64,000 bases of DNA from Epilithonimonas sp. (GTDB lineage Bacteria > Bacteroidota > Bacteroidia > Flavobacteriales > Weeksellaceae), in assembly GCF_036780765.1 (NCBI RefSeq), contig NZ_DAIQCG010000007.1, forward strand, positions 55,217-119,216. The letters run 5' to 3'. The notes beneath the pieces are model-generated. The model had not been told where the DNA came from. It made no database searches and was given only the letters and a program-made list of their open reading frames with translations. The position numbers and the translations under genes were made by a program. Position 1 is the first letter of the stretch, and each line of letters opens with the position of its first letter. Positions 19,003 to 29,377 of this stretch are shown in pieces.

Positions 19003-21204
19003 ATGCACCCAAAAGAATATATCAATTGTGATCAAGAACCTATTCACATCTGTGGAGAATTGCAGGAATATGGTTATCTTATAGGTACTCAAAATTCTAA
19101 AATAGTTTCCTACAGCGAGAATATTTTAGCGTTCTTTTCTCTCGACTCCTCTATACTTGGAAAAGATATCAAAGTTTTGTTAAATGATCTAAATCTTGAT
19201 ATCAATTGGGATAATTATTCTACCAACCAAGAATTGGCTATCCAACATATTGATTTCAAAAATGAAGAATATACTTTAAGCATTCACACCAATAATGAAA
19301 TCACTTTTTTTGAAATAGAAAAGGTAATTCCCAATCATAAAATCAATAAAGAATATGCAGCAATCCAACATATTCTTAGAAATTCCAATGAGGAAAATAT
19401 CTGGAAAGTTCTCCTGAAAGAGATACAGGATATTATAGATTTTGACAGAGCAATGATTTATCAATTCCTTTACGATGGCAGCGGTCAGGTTGTAGAAGAA
19501 CTGGTAAAACCCCATCTTGAAAGTTATCTGGATTTGCATTATCCCGAATCTGATATTCCTGCACAGGCAAGAGCTTTATATCTTAAAAATCCAGTGAGAA
19601 TCACTTCGCACGTTTCTGGAAAAACATTCCCTATTGTTGGTGTAATCCCGAGAGAACAAATAGATTTGACTTATAGCATAACACGTGCATCCTCTCCTAT
19701 TCATAGAGAATATCTCAAAAATGCAAACGTAGAATCAAGCTTCAGCACATCGATTATTGTGAATGGAGAATTATGGGGATTGGTTGCTTGTCAAAATTCT
19801 GCGCCAAAACATCTTGATTTGCAATCTAGATTATTAGCAGAAACATTGACTAGAATTTCGGCTAACGCTTTTGCTTCTTACAAATCTTTACAAACGCTGG
19901 AAGAATATCAGAGAATCAATCTGAATAATATTACACTTCGTCAAAACCTTATGAGTGAAGAAGATTTCGGAAAAGCTTTGGAAACTAATATCAAAGATAT
20001 TATGGACAGTTGTGCTGCAGACGGAATGATTATTAAAATTAATAATGAAATCTTAACTGCAGGTAATGTTCCCAATCATTCTGATATTGAGAAAATTATC
20101 GTTTGGAGCAAAGAGAACAATCAGAATTTTGAAGAGAATATTTTCATAACTAATACACTGTGCCAAGACATCAATGTAGATTTGGACAATCCGGAAATCA
20201 GTTGTGGAATTATCACAAGTGTTTTAGGAAGCAATACATCTGATATGTTGATTTGGCTGAGAAAAGAACAAGGTCAGAAAATCAAATGGGCCGGAAAACC
20301 TGAAAAAGGAACTGTTTCAGAAATCAAAGATGGGGTGGAAATTATCAAATTCTCTCCAAGAAAATCTTTCGAAGTTTGGAAAGAATATGTGAAAGGCACT
20401 TCCCTGCCTTGGAAAATCAAAGAAATAGAATCTGCAAGATGGATTACTTCTGTGATTCTAAAAGCATCACATACCAAATCATCCCAAATTGTTGATCTTA
20501 ACAATCAATTAAAGGAATTGAATCAAGAATTGGACTCTTTCTCTCATACGATTTCACACGATCTTAATACGCCACTAACTGTCATAAAACTAAATGCGCA
20601 ATTAGCAAAAAGAATTCATGATCCGGAAAATGTTCAAAAATCTTTGGATAATATCATTACTCAGATTGATACGATGAGTGAGATGATCCGAAATGTTTTG
20701 GAATTGAGTAAAATCAAAAAATCAGAAATAGAATTGAAAAGAATTGAAGTAGATTCATTAATAAATAAATTAGTGGAGGATTCTAAAATCAGTTTTAATT
20801 CCCCTTATACAGAAATCTTTATCGAAAATACACCAGAAGTTTTAGGTGATAAAACAATGGTTTATCAAGTCTTTTTGAATGTGATTGGTAACGCTATAAA
20901 ATATTCTTCCAAATCAGAAAAACCATTAGTAAAGATTGTGGGAGAAATTTATGAAGATGCGGTAACATACAAAATCTCAGATAACGGAATTGGGATTGAT
21001 AATGAGGAATCTGGCAAAATGTTCAAGATTTTCAGCAGGATGAATAATGCTAAAGGATTCAACGGAAATGGTGTTGGATTGAGTATTGTTCATCATCTGA
21101 TGGAGAAAATGGGCGGGAAAATAAGTTATGAGAGTGAAAGCGGAAAAGGAACAACATTTATGTTAAAATTTCAAAAACCCAATTATGATTTCAGTATTTC
21201 TTAA
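19003..21204 (+). CDS. bphP: Bacteriophytochrome sensor histidine kinase (PAS-GAF-PHY-HisKA-HATPase)
   Basis: INCDQEPIHICGELQEYGYLIG matches the phytochrome N-terminal NCEREPIHIPGxIQxHG block, including the biliverdin-binding Cys. H-box FSHTISHDLNTPL; ATPase G-boxes GIGIDNEE and GNGVGLSIV. Confidence 0.85.
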   Translation: MHPKEYINCDQEPIHICGELQEYGYLIGTQNSKIVSYSENILAFFSLDSSILGKDIKVLLNDLNLDINWDNYSTNQELAIQHIDFKNEEYTLSIHTNNEITFFEIEKVIPNHKINKEYAAIQHILRNSNEENIWKVLLKEIQDIIDFDRAMIYQFLYDGSGQVVEELVKPHLESYLDLHYPESDIPAQARALYLKNPVRITSHVSGKTFPIVGVIPREQIDLTYSITRASSPIHREYLKNANVESSFSTSIIVNGELWGLVACQNSAPKHLDLQSRLLAETLTRISANAFASYKSLQTLEEYQRINLNNITLRQNLMSEEDFGKALETNIKDIMDSCAADGMIIKINNEILTAGNVPNHSDIEKIIVWSKENNQNFEENIFITNTLCQDINVDLDNPEISCGIITSVLGSNTSDMLIWLRKEQGQKIKWAGKPEKGTVSEIKDGVEIIKFSPRKSFEVWKEYVKGTSLPWKIKEIESARWITSVILKASHTKSSQIVDLNNQLKELNQELDSFSHTISHDLNTPLTVIKLNAQLAKRIHDPENVQKSLDNIITQIDTMSEMIRNVLELSKIKKSEIELKRIEVDSLINKLVEDSKISFNSPYTEIFIENTPEVLGDKTMVYQVFLNVIGNAIKYSSKSEKPLVKIVGEIYEDAVTYKISDNGIGIDNEESGKMFKIFSRMNNAKGFNGNGVGLSIVHHLMEKMGGKISYESESGKGTTFMLKFQKPNYDFSIS

Positions 21205-21721
21205 GGAACAGACGAAACAACAACACGACGACACAGAAGCAAAATTGCAATCGCAAAAGATTTTTGATAAATCCTATACTCTTGATGATTACAAGATGCT
21301 TTTGATTCATAACTATCAGCTAATCAGCAGATACGAACCTCAGATCCAAGAGCAGTTGAAAGCTTATCCAGAATTAAAATTAGATTTAAGAAGTAAAATC
21401 GATGCGCTTAAAGTTGATTTGAATAACTTGAACATAGCAACTAAAGACGAAAACCCAACCCAAAATCTGGATAACGAAGCGGAAGCTTTTGGTGCTTTAT
21501 ATGTGATGGAAGGTTCTACGCTTGGAGGAAATGTCATCGCAAAACAACTAAGAAAGAATCCGGAATTCGAGAATATAGAGTTCAATTATTTTGGAGTTTA
21601 TGGCGAGAATACAGGACCATATTGGCAAGAGTTCAAATCGATTATCGACGAGAAGATTACGGAAGAGCAATACAACGATTGTGTTGCCGGAGCGAAGAAA
21701 GCTTATCAGTTATTAGCATAA
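21185..21721 (+). CDS. bphO: Heme oxygenase-like protein (biliverdin-producing, BphO-like)
   Basis: 178 aa. LKEQTKQQHDDTEAKL (proximal His region) and GALYVMEGSTLGG fit heme oxygenase. Overlaps the bphP 3' end by 20 nt. Confidence 0.7.
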   Translation: MISVFLKEQTKQQHDDTEAKLQSQKIFDKSYTLDDYKMLLIHNYQLISRYEPQIQEQLKAYPELKLDLRSKIDALKVDLNNLNIATKDENPTQNLDNEAEAFGALYVMEGSTLGGNVIAKQLRKNPEFENIEFNYFGVYGENTGPYWQEFKSIIDEKITEEQYNDCVAGAKKAYQLLA

Positions 21722-21760
21722 AAAAAACGGAGCGAAATTAATTTGCTCCGTTTTTCTTTT
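21721..21760. terminator. Bidirectional terminator between convergent bphO and the PPIase gene
   Basis: Stem cggagc/gctccg flanked by an A-run and a T-run. Confidence 0.65.
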
Positions 21761-21774
21761 TATTTATTTCTAAA

Positions 21775-22872
21775 TTATTTCTCGATTTTCACCAATTCTA
21801 CATCGAAAACTAACCAAGAGTTTGGCGGAATTACACCTCCTGCTCCTCTTTCGCCGTAGCCTAAAGCTGGTGGAATCAACAATGTTGCCGTTTCTCCTTC
21901 TTTCAGTAAAAGAATTCCTTCATCCCAACCTTTGATCACTTGGCCTACACCAATTGGAATATCGATAGGCTGTCCTCTTTTGAAAGAATTATCAAACTCT
22001 TCTCCATCCATTAATTTCCCTGCATAATGCACAGCAACCGTCTGTCCTGGAGTTGGGTTGGCACCAGTAGAAGTTTTAGTAATCTTATAGAAAAGACCAG
22101 AAGGCGTAGACTGCATCCCAGTTTTCATTTCGTTTACCAATTTCTCCTGATTTGCTGCGAATTCTGCCAATTTCTTAGCTTTCTCTTCTTCAGCTTTTGC
22201 CAAATAAGCTTTGTTTTTTTCTTCGATTTTCGATTTTCCTTCAGCGAAGATTTTTGCAGCATCATAATGTTTGTAAGCATCACCTTTACCGAAGATTGCT
22301 ACTTTTTTTAACACAACATCAGTCTTTGGTTTGTCCTGAGCGCCTTTTTCTACGTTAGCGATAGAATCAATGGTTGCTGTACTACCAACCACTTTACCAA
22401 AAATTGTATGTCTTCCGTCCAACCAAGGTGTTGCAACTTCTGTAATAAAGAACTGAGAACCGTTGGTGTTAGGTCCAGAATTCGCCATAGATAAAATCCC
22501 TTTTCCAGTGTGCTGAAGGTCATTTTTCTCATCAGCAAATTTATATCCAGGATCTCCCATACCAGTTCCTTGTGGATCTCCACCTTGGATCATAAAATCT
22601 TTGATCACTCTGTGGAAGATAGTTCCATCGTAGAAAGGTTCTCCTTTTTTCTTAGATTTGTTCTCGATCTTACCTTCTGCAAGACCAACAAAATTTGCAA
22701 CAGTTACCGGAGATTTTTCATCTTCGAATTTTACAAGGATATCACCTTTGCTTGTTTCAAAATTACCGTAAAGCCCGTCAGGCAAGCTTTTATAAACTTC
22801 TTTGTCTATTTCCAATGTTTTACAATTTAATAGTGTTAATAATGTTATAGAAAGTGCTATAATTTTCTTCAT
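21775..22872 (-). CDS. Dual-domain peptidyl-prolyl isomerase lipoprotein (cyclophilin N-terminal, FKBP C-terminal)
   Basis: Lipobox LLNC. Cyclophilin block FHRVIKDFMIQGGDP...SMANSGPNTNGSQFFI. FKBP block VAVHYAGKLMDGEEFDNSFKRGQPIDIPIGVGQVIKGWDEG...GYGERG. Confidence 0.85.
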   Translation of the reverse strand: MKKIIALSITLLTLLNCKTLEIDKEVYKSLPDGLYGNFETSKGDILVKFEDEKSPVTVANFVGLAEGKIENKSKKKGEPFYDGTIFHRVIKDFMIQGGDPQGTGMGDPGYKFADEKNDLQHTGKGILSMANSGPNTNGSQFFITEVATPWLDGRHTIFGKVVGSTATIDSIANVEKGAQDKPKTDVVLKKVAIFGKGDAYKHYDAAKIFAEGKSKIEEKNKAYLAKAEEEKAKKLAEFAANQEKLVNEMKTGMQSTPSGLFYKITKTSTGANPTPGQTVAVHYAGKLMDGEEFDNSFKRGQPIDIPIGVGQVIKGWDEGILLLKEGETATLLIPPALGYGERGAGGVIPPNSWLVFDVELVKIEK

Positions 22873-22890
22873 AGTTTTATAATATCGTTG

Positions 22891-23403
22891 TTATAAGACT
22901 TTTACCTTAATGATTAAAGGCATATCGTTGGTTATTTTTTTGTTGTCACCATAGGTTCCGTAAGCTAAAACTGAGGGTACTAAAATTTCTGCTTCCTCGC
23001 CTTTTTTCAGATATCGGATGACATCTTCTACTGCATCCATTTCTACAAAATGCCCAAATTCTACATTATTATTTTGAATTGGCATATTGTACAATTTAGT
23101 TCTATCAAAATCATAGATGTCATACTGATAGGATACTTTTTCACCATTATTTTTACGAGGTTGCTTCTCGAGTCCTTCCACATTCACCCAATAGTTCATT
23201 CCCATTGGATAATATTTTACATCCTGAGCTTTGATCCAGTCTTCAATCTGAGCTCTTTCCAAAGTATTGAGTTCTTTGGTTCTGTTTTTTGAAACTTCCA
23301 TTTCGCTTTCAGACATGTACTGATCTTCTGAATGCTGGGAATGGGTCTGTTTTGCGCAAGATGTTGCTAATGCCAGAACTGAGATGTAAAATAATTGTTT
23401 CAT
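22891..23403 (-). CDS. FKBP-like lipoprotein, GldI-like
   Basis: 170 aa. Lipobox LATSC. Divergent FKBP-like C-terminus (VSYQYDIYDF...VPSVLAYGTYGD), adjacent to another PPIase as for gldI in Flavobacterium. Confidence 0.5.
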   Translation of the reverse strand: MKQLFYISVLALATSCAKQTHSQHSEDQYMSESEMEVSKNRTKELNTLERAQIEDWIKAQDVKYYPMGMNYWVNVEGLEKQPRKNNGEKVSYQYDIYDFDRTKLYNMPIQNNNVEFGHFVEMDAVEDVIRYLKKGEEAEILVPSVLAYGTYGDNKKITNDMPLIIKVKVL

Positions 23404-23480
23404 TTTTCAATATTGTTCTTTGAAATCCCTCAAAAACTGTCGCAAAATTAAGAATTTTTGAAGACTTAATTAGTATTAAA

Positions 23481-23507
23481 ACAAAAACCGGAAAATTAAT
23501 TCCGGTT
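23481..23507 (-). terminator. Intrinsic terminator after ilvE
   Basis: Stem aaccggaa/ttccggtt followed on the minus strand by a T-rich run. Confidence 0.6.
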
Positions 23508-23537
23508 TTCACTTTTCAATTTACTTTTTAATTAATC

Positions 23538-24608
23538 CTATACACTGTATACATTTTCTTCAACCAAATATCTCCATCCAAAAGGATCTTCAGATTTATT
23601 AGTCTGGATATTGACAAGATCTGCCTTCAACTGCGCTGCAAAACTCTCTTCATCAGAAAGTTTAGGCAGAGTCAGGTGTTCGCCTTGGTAACCTAAAGCC
23701 TCAAAAATACTTGTAACAACGGCTGTTCCTACGCCCCAAACTTCTTTCAAAGTTCCTTTTTTCTGAGCTTCGATAACATCAGAGACTTTAACATCGTCAA
23801 TAACAACTTCAATTCCTCTTTTTTTAGCCAATTGGATAAAACTATCTCTGGTAACACCATCCAAAATTTTGTCTGATGTTTTAGGCGTATAGATAGTATC
23901 GTTGATTCTAACAAAAACGTTCATCGTTCCACTTTCTTCAAAATACTCGTGAGAACAATCGTCTGTCCAAATGATTTGCTCATAACCTTCTTCTATAGCC
24001 AATTGTGTTGGATAGAAAGACGCAGCATAGTTACCAGCAGCTTTTGCAGCACCTACACCTCCACTAGCCGCTCTGGAATAATGGTCAGAAATTTTAACTG
24101 ATACCGGAGCAGTATAATAGCTTTTTGCTGGTGTTGCAACAATGGCAAACATATATTTTTCAGAGATTCTAGCTTTAAGCGCTTCTTCTGTTGCGAATAA
24201 TAATGGTCTAATATAAAGAGATGTTCCCTCTCCTTGCGGAATCCAATCTCTATCGATATCAACCAATGCTTTTAGCCCATCCATAAAGATCTCTTCGGAA
24301 ATCTCAGGAATTGCCAATCTTTTTGCGGATTTGTTAATCCTTTGAAAGTTCTTTTCTGGGCGAAAAAGGAATACTTGGCCGTCTTTATCTTTATATGCCT
24401 TCATCCCTTCAAAACAAGCTTGTCCGTAGTTCACCCCCATCATTGCTGGGGTAAAACCAATAGGACCATATGGAATAAGTTGCACATCCCCCCATTTTCC
24501 ATTCTCATACTCACAAATAATCATATGATCTATGAAAGTGTTACCGAATGCGAAATTATCAGGATCGAAGGTTGAAATTCTTGGATTAGTAGATTTTTGA
24601 ATTATCAT
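23538..24608 (-). CDS. ilvE: Branched-chain amino acid aminotransferase
   Basis: 356 aa. Class IV aminotransferase blocks (YGQACFEGMKAY, GVGAAKAAGNYA, EESGTMNVF). Confidence 0.9.
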   Translation of the reverse strand: MIIQKSTNPRISTFDPDNFAFGNTFIDHMIICEYENGKWGDVQLIPYGPIGFTPAMMGVNYGQACFEGMKAYKDKDGQVFLFRPEKNFQRINKSAKRLAIPEISEEIFMDGLKALVDIDRDWIPQGEGTSLYIRPLLFATEEALKARISEKYMFAIVATPAKSYYTAPVSVKISDHYSRAASGGVGAAKAAGNYAASFYPTQLAIEEGYEQIIWTDDCSHEYFEESGTMNVFVRINDTIYTPKTSDKILDGVTRDSFIQLAKKRGIEVVIDDVKVSDVIEAQKKGTLKEVWGVGTAVVTSIFEALGYQGEHLTLPKLSDEESFAAQLKADLVNIQTNKSEDPFGWRYLVEENVYSV

Positions 24609-24667
24609 TTTTTAATTTTTTGTTGAGGTATTACAAATATATAATAATTTTTTAATAATCAAAATTT

Positions 24668-25366
24668 ATGTTAAATTTGAAAAAAAATACTTTGAAAAGA
24701 GAATTAATTAGCACAAATGACGGGAGTAAAACCTTATTGATCAATGGATTAGAAGAAACTTACCATTCAAAACATGGCGCGTTGCAAGAAGCCAACCATG
24801 TATTTATCAAAAATGGACTAGATTTAACAAATAGTTACGAAATTAATATTTTAGAGTTAGGTTTTGGAACAGGTCTTAACGTTTTGGTAACATTTGATGC
24901 ATATTTGCGAAATGACAAAAATCATAAAATTAATTATTTTGGGGTCGAAAAATATCCAATTTTTTTTCATGAAGCTTCAGAATTGTCTTATTCTGAATTA
25001 TTTCCGAACCCAATTGTTAAAGATTTGTCTCTGAAAATCCATGAAACCGAATGGGAAAAATTAGTTGAATTGGATTCTAATTTCAATCTTAAGAAAATTA
25101 AAGATGATTTCTTTAACATAAAGAATATGGACTTGCCTCCTATCGATTTGGTTTATTTTGATTGTTTTGGAGCAAGAGTTCAGCCCGACCTTTGGAAAAA
25201 AGAAATATTTGAAGTCGTAGCTTCTAAAATGAAAACTGGTGGTTTGTTGACAACCTATTCATCGAAAGGAACTATGCGAAGAGCCTTGATAGAATTAGGT
25301 TTTGAAGTCGAGAAAAGACAAGGCCCGCCTGGAAAAAGAGAAATGCTGATTGCTTGGAAAAAATAA
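24668..25366 (+). CDS. mnmD: tRNA 5-methylaminomethyl-2-thiouridine methyltransferase MnmD-type (DUF752)
   Basis: 232 aa. ILELGFGTGLN SAM motif and DLVYFDCFGARVQPDLW are typical of the MnmC methyltransferase domain. The exact start is uncertain. Confidence 0.7.
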   Translation: MLNLKKNTLKRELISTNDGSKTLLINGLEETYHSKHGALQEANHVFIKNGLDLTNSYEINILELGFGTGLNVLVTFDAYLRNDKNHKINYFGVEKYPIFFHEASELSYSELFPNPIVKDLSLKIHETEWEKLVELDSNFNLKKIKDDFFNIKNMDLPPIDLVYFDCFGARVQPDLWKKEIFEVVASKMKTGGLLTTYSSKGTMRRALIELGFEVEKRQGPPGKREMLIAWKK

Positions 25367-25400
25367 TTTCGCTAAATTTAGACACTGCAAATCACAATAT

Positions 25401-25817
25401 ATGATAGACAAAATCAACATTCGGGTGTATGCACTTTGTATAAAGGACAACAAAATTCTTGCGCTTCACGAAGAATATGTCGGAGATCATCTTCTTAAAT
25501 TACCTGGCGGAGGATTAGAATTCGGGGAAAGTACTTTAGAATGCCTTAAAAGAGAGTTTCAGGAAGAACTTAATCTTGAAATAGAAATTAAAGATCATTT
25601 TTATACACAAGACGATTTTCTGGTTTCCAGATTCCGAGATAATGAACAATTAATTACTATTTATTATTTGGCAGAAATCTTAAATGAAGAAGATTTATTA
25701 ATCTTAGATCCTTGTATCGAAAAGACAGAATGGATTCCGCTGGAAGGAGAAAATCCTTTTCCATTACCAATTGACAAACGCGTTTTTGATATAGCAAAAC
25801 AAAAATTCCTGAATTAA
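25401..25817 (+). CDS. NUDIX hydrolase
   Basis: Nudix box GGGLEFGESTLECLKREFQEELNL. Start placed at MIDKINIRVYAL rather than the track start at 25350. Confidence 0.8.
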   Translation: MIDKINIRVYALCIKDNKILALHEEYVGDHLLKLPGGGLEFGESTLECLKREFQEELNLEIEIKDHFYTQDDFLVSRFRDNEQLITIYYLAEILNEEDLLILDPCIEKTEWIPLEGENPFPLPIDKRVFDIAKQKFLN

Positions 25818-25844
25818 GATTCAGGAATTTTTTATTTAAAATGA

Positions 25845-26915
25845 TTAAATATTCCAAAGCAAATCTTCATATTTTTTCAGAATAATTTCTGAAGAAAAAC
25901 GAGATTTTATCGAGATTTTGATATTATCTTTGTCATCATTTCTGTGAACTGAATGTTTTATTTTCTCGGCAAAATCATCATAATTTTCGATATTGGAGAT
26001 TTCGCCATTCACTTGATCGATAATAATCTCATCAATCCCACCAGGACAATTATTAGCTAAAGAATAAACACCACAAGTTCCAGCTTCCAAAAGCACATTG
26101 GGAAAACCTTCATATCTGGAAGACAAAATGAAAAGATCAGCAAATTTCAGATATTGATACGGATTACTTTTCTTGCCGTGAAAAATAACGTGATCAAGCC
26201 CCAACATTTCTTTCATCTGCAAAAGCATTTCTTTATCTTTACCATCCCCAAGAATATGAAGTAAAATATTCTGATTTTTGAGTCTGGAAAATACTTTCAG
26301 AAGATTATCAAATCCTTTTCTTGCGGATAAATTCCCAATAGCAACTACATTTTTATGCTGATGAGAAAATTCTACCGGTCGTTCTGATTGCTTCAATTTA
26401 TCTTCTATAAAATTGACATCAACCGGATTATTAATTTTGAATAGTTTATTCTTCTTAATCCCAAAATTCTTGATTAGATCCTCTTCCATATCATTACTTT
26501 GAGCAATGATTTTATCGTAATTATTATAGAATTTATAGAAAAACTTAATCTCTTTTCTTGTAACGTGTTGAGAAACAACATTTGTTTCTCTTGCAATAAA
26601 TTTAGTTTTCGGGAAAAGCTTGATGAATAATGACAAATAAGCATTCACTTCACCAAAGCCGGAAAACACAATATCTGGTTTCCGACGTTTGATTTCCAAA
26701 AGAATTGGCTTCAAAGAATGTCTGATTCTTGGGGTTTGGATATCAATGATTTCTACATCTGGCTTCAACAAATCAAGATAAGCACCTTCTTTCCTTAATA
26801 ATAGAATAGCTGGTGAAAATTTGTCTCTCGGAAGATGATTCGCAAGTGTAGTTACAATACGCTCAGCGCCTCCAGTCTCCAAATCGGGCAATATGAAAAT
26901 GATTGATTTTTTCAT
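25845..26915 (-). CDS. Glycosyltransferase family 4 (GT-B fold)
   Basis: 356 aa. GGAERIV N-terminus and the C-terminal EGFPNVLLEAGTCG motif. Confidence 0.8.
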   Translation of the reverse strand: MKKSIIFILPDLETGGAERIVTTLANHLPRDKFSPAILLLRKEGAYLDLLKPDVEIIDIQTPRIRHSLKPILLEIKRRKPDIVFSGFGEVNAYLSLFIKLFPKTKFIARETNVVSQHVTRKEIKFFYKFYNNYDKIIAQSNDMEEDLIKNFGIKKNKLFKINNPVDVNFIEDKLKQSERPVEFSHQHKNVVAIGNLSARKGFDNLLKVFSRLKNQNILLHILGDGKDKEMLLQMKEMLGLDHVIFHGKKSNPYQYLKFADLFILSSRYEGFPNVLLEAGTCGVYSLANNCPGGIDEIIIDQVNGEISNIENYDDFAEKIKHSVHRNDDKDNIKISIKSRFSSEIILKKYEDLLWNI

Positions 26916-26990
26916 AACTCAAAATTACAAAACCGTAATGGGAAATCCTATAAATAAAAAATGCCGAAACAAGTCCGACATTTTATTTTT

Positions 26991-29201
26991 CTAATTAGCT
27001 ACATCACTAATAAATTTGATTCTGAGAATCCTTACTTCTTCATCTGTGAGATCATCACCATATTCTGCAAGTAAAGTTTTCATACTGTCACTTTCCGAGT
27101 TTTTCATAAAATCCATAAACTCTTCGACAATATCTTCATCAAAATTTTCATCAATGTAATAATCGATATTCAGTTTTGTACCTTGATAAATGATACTTTC
27201 CATCTCGGAAAGAAGTTCTGTCATAGAAAGATTTTTTGCTTTAGCAATATCTTCCAAATCAATCTTTTTATCAGTGTTTTGGATGATAAAAACCTTATGG
27301 CTGGATTTGTTGGCTACTTGTTTCATCACCATATCCTGAGTTCTTTCTATCTCATTATCCTCAACATATTTTTTGATAAAGTCAGCAAATTCTTTTCCGT
27401 ACTTTCTAGCTTTTCCTTCACCAACACCATAGATTTTTGCAACTTCTTCTACAGTTATAGGATATTGCACCGTCATATCTTCCAAACTCGGATCCATAAA
27501 AACCGTGTAAGGTGGAATGCCGTGTTTTTTAGCAACAGTTTTACGAAGTTCTTTTAGTTGATCAAATAATAATTGATCCAACCCGCCTCCAGATTGGGTT
27601 TGAACCTGCTCGCTATCCGCTTTAGATTTGATCTGGTTGAGATCATAAGTTCTGTCTTCCGCTATTAGAAAAGATTCGTTGTAACTACCGTTTAAAACTT
27701 GATTACCTTTTTCAGAAGTTTTTAGAACACCATAAGTTTCTATATCTTTTCTAAGGAAATCCTGAACAGTTGCCTGTCTTATAATAGACTTCCAATAATT
27801 GTCACTTTCAGCTTTCCCAAATCCGAAAAATTCTGTCTGTTCTAATTTATAAGATTTCGTAACCGCAGATTCTTTACCAGCAATTATGGAAATCAAATCT
27901 TTTGTGCGGAACTTTTCACCCAAAGACTTTATCATTTCCAAAACTTTTTTCAAGTCTTGAGTTGCATCTTTTAGTTTTGGTGGATTTTGTGAATTATCAC
28001 ACATCAAAGCACCTTCGCCTTTTATTGGATCAAATTTTTCTCCGAAATAATAAAGCAAATATTGTCTTCTGCTCATCGAAGTTTCTGCATAACCAACCAC
28101 TTCATTCAACAATTGAAGACCAATTTCTCTTTCCGAAACTGGTTTCTGAGCCAGGAATTTTTCTAATTTCTCAATATCTTTTGGATCGTAGAAAGCCAAA
28201 CAATGACCTTCTCCACCATCTCGTCCTGCACGACCAGTTTCCTGATAATAACTTTCCAAAGATTTGGGAATATCATAATGAATTACAAATCGAACATCCG
28301 GCTTATCAATTCCCATCCCAAATGCTATAGTAGCAACAATCACATCAGCTTCTTCCATCAAGAATTTATCTTGATTGGCTACTCTAAGTTTTTGATCCAA
28401 TCCAGCGTGGTAAGGCAAAGCATTCACTCCATTGACTTGCAAAAGCTGCGCAAATTCTTCCACTTTTCTTCTGCTAAGACAATAAACGATTCCTGATTTT
28501 CCTTTATGCTGATTGATGAATCTTAAAATCTCTTTATCTACATTGACTTTTGGGCGGATTTCGTAAAACAAATTAGCTCTGTTAAAGCTTTCCTTGAAAA
28601 CCAAAGCATTGTTCATCCCCAAAGTTTTCTGAATATCATCCTGAACTTTAGGCGTTGCAGTAGCCGTTAACGCAATAACAGGAACATCCGCAATTTTATC
28701 AATTATACCTTTTAGGTTTCTATATTCAGGGCGGAAATCGTGTCCCCATTCTGAGATACAGTGTGCTTCATCTATCGCAACAAAAGATATTTTCACAGCT
28801 TTTAGAAACTCAAGATATTCTTCTTTGATGAGAGATTCTGGAGCTACGTAAAGCAATTTGGTTTTACCCGCTGTGATGTCATCCATCACCTGTTTGGTCT
28901 GTGTTTTATTAAGAGAAGAATTCAGAACGTGAGCAACGCCTTCATCCGAAGATAATCCGTTGACAGCATCTACCTGATTTTTCATCAATGCAATCAATGG
29001 CGAAACTACAATCGCTGTTCCTTCAGAAATCAATGCCGGAAGTTGGTAACAAAGTGATTTTCCACCACCAGTCGGCATCAAAACAAATATATCTTTGCCG
29101 CCGAGAAGTTCTTGTATAATCTGCTCTTGCTGACCTTTGAATTTTGAAAATCCGAAATATTTTTTGAGTTCAGCAGATAAGTTGATGTCTTTTGTGTCCA
29201 T
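26991..29201 (-). CDS. recQ: ATP-dependent DNA helicase RecQ
   Basis: 736 aa. PTGGGKS Walker [18 protein letters not shown], and RQC/HRDC-length C-terminus. Confidence 0.95.
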   Translation of the reverse strand: MDTKDINLSAELKKYFGFSKFKGQQEQIIQELLGGKDIFVLMPTGGGKSLCYQLPALISEGTAIVVSPLIALMKNQVDAVNGLSSDEGVAHVLNSSLNKTQTKQVMDDITAGKTKLLYVAPESLIKEEYLEFLKAVKISFVAIDEAHCISEWGHDFRPEYRNLKGIIDKIADVPVIALTATATPKVQDDIQKTLGMNNALVFKESFNRANLFYEIRPKVNVDKEILRFINQHKGKSGIVYCLSRRKVEEFAQLLQVNGVNALPYHAGLDQKLRVANQDKFLMEEADVIVATIAFGMGIDKPDVRFVIHYDIPKSLESYYQETGRAGRDGGEGHCLAFYDPKDIEKLEKFLAQKPVSEREIGLQLLNEVVGYAETSMSRRQYLLYYFGEKFDPIKGEGALMCDNSQNPPKLKDATQDLKKVLEMIKSLGEKFRTKDLISIIAGKESAVTKSYKLEQTEFFGFGKAESDNYWKSIIRQATVQDFLRKDIETYGVLKTSEKGNQVLNGSYNESFLIAEDRTYDLNQIKSKADSEQVQTQSGGGLDQLLFDQLKELRKTVAKKHGIPPYTVFMDPSLEDMTVQYPITVEEVAKIYGVGEGKARKYGKEFADFIKKYVEDNEIERTQDMVMKQVANKSSHKVFIIQNTDKKIDLEDIAKAKNLSMTELLSEMESIIYQGTKLNIDYYIDENFDEDIVEEFMDFMKNSESDSMKTLLAEYGDDLTDEEVRILRIKFISDVAN

Positions 29202-29377
29202 CCTTTAATATAGTTTGCTAAATTTGCATTTTATTGAAAGGTTATACATTAATGGTTAATCCTGACTTTTAGGGATAAAAAAATGAAGCTAAAAAACTTC
29301 ATTTTGCTCTGTTAAATTATTAGCGTGAAGGTACAAAATAAATATTATTAAAAAAAATAATTAAATACTTTAAAATT

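Noticed and set aside
23309-23512. 67-aa ORF across the gldI-like start and the ilvE terminator region, plus the similar small track ORFs at 29320-29556 and 63710-63898.
   Set aside because: They span intergenic promoter or terminator sequence or overlap supported genes, and have no motifs.
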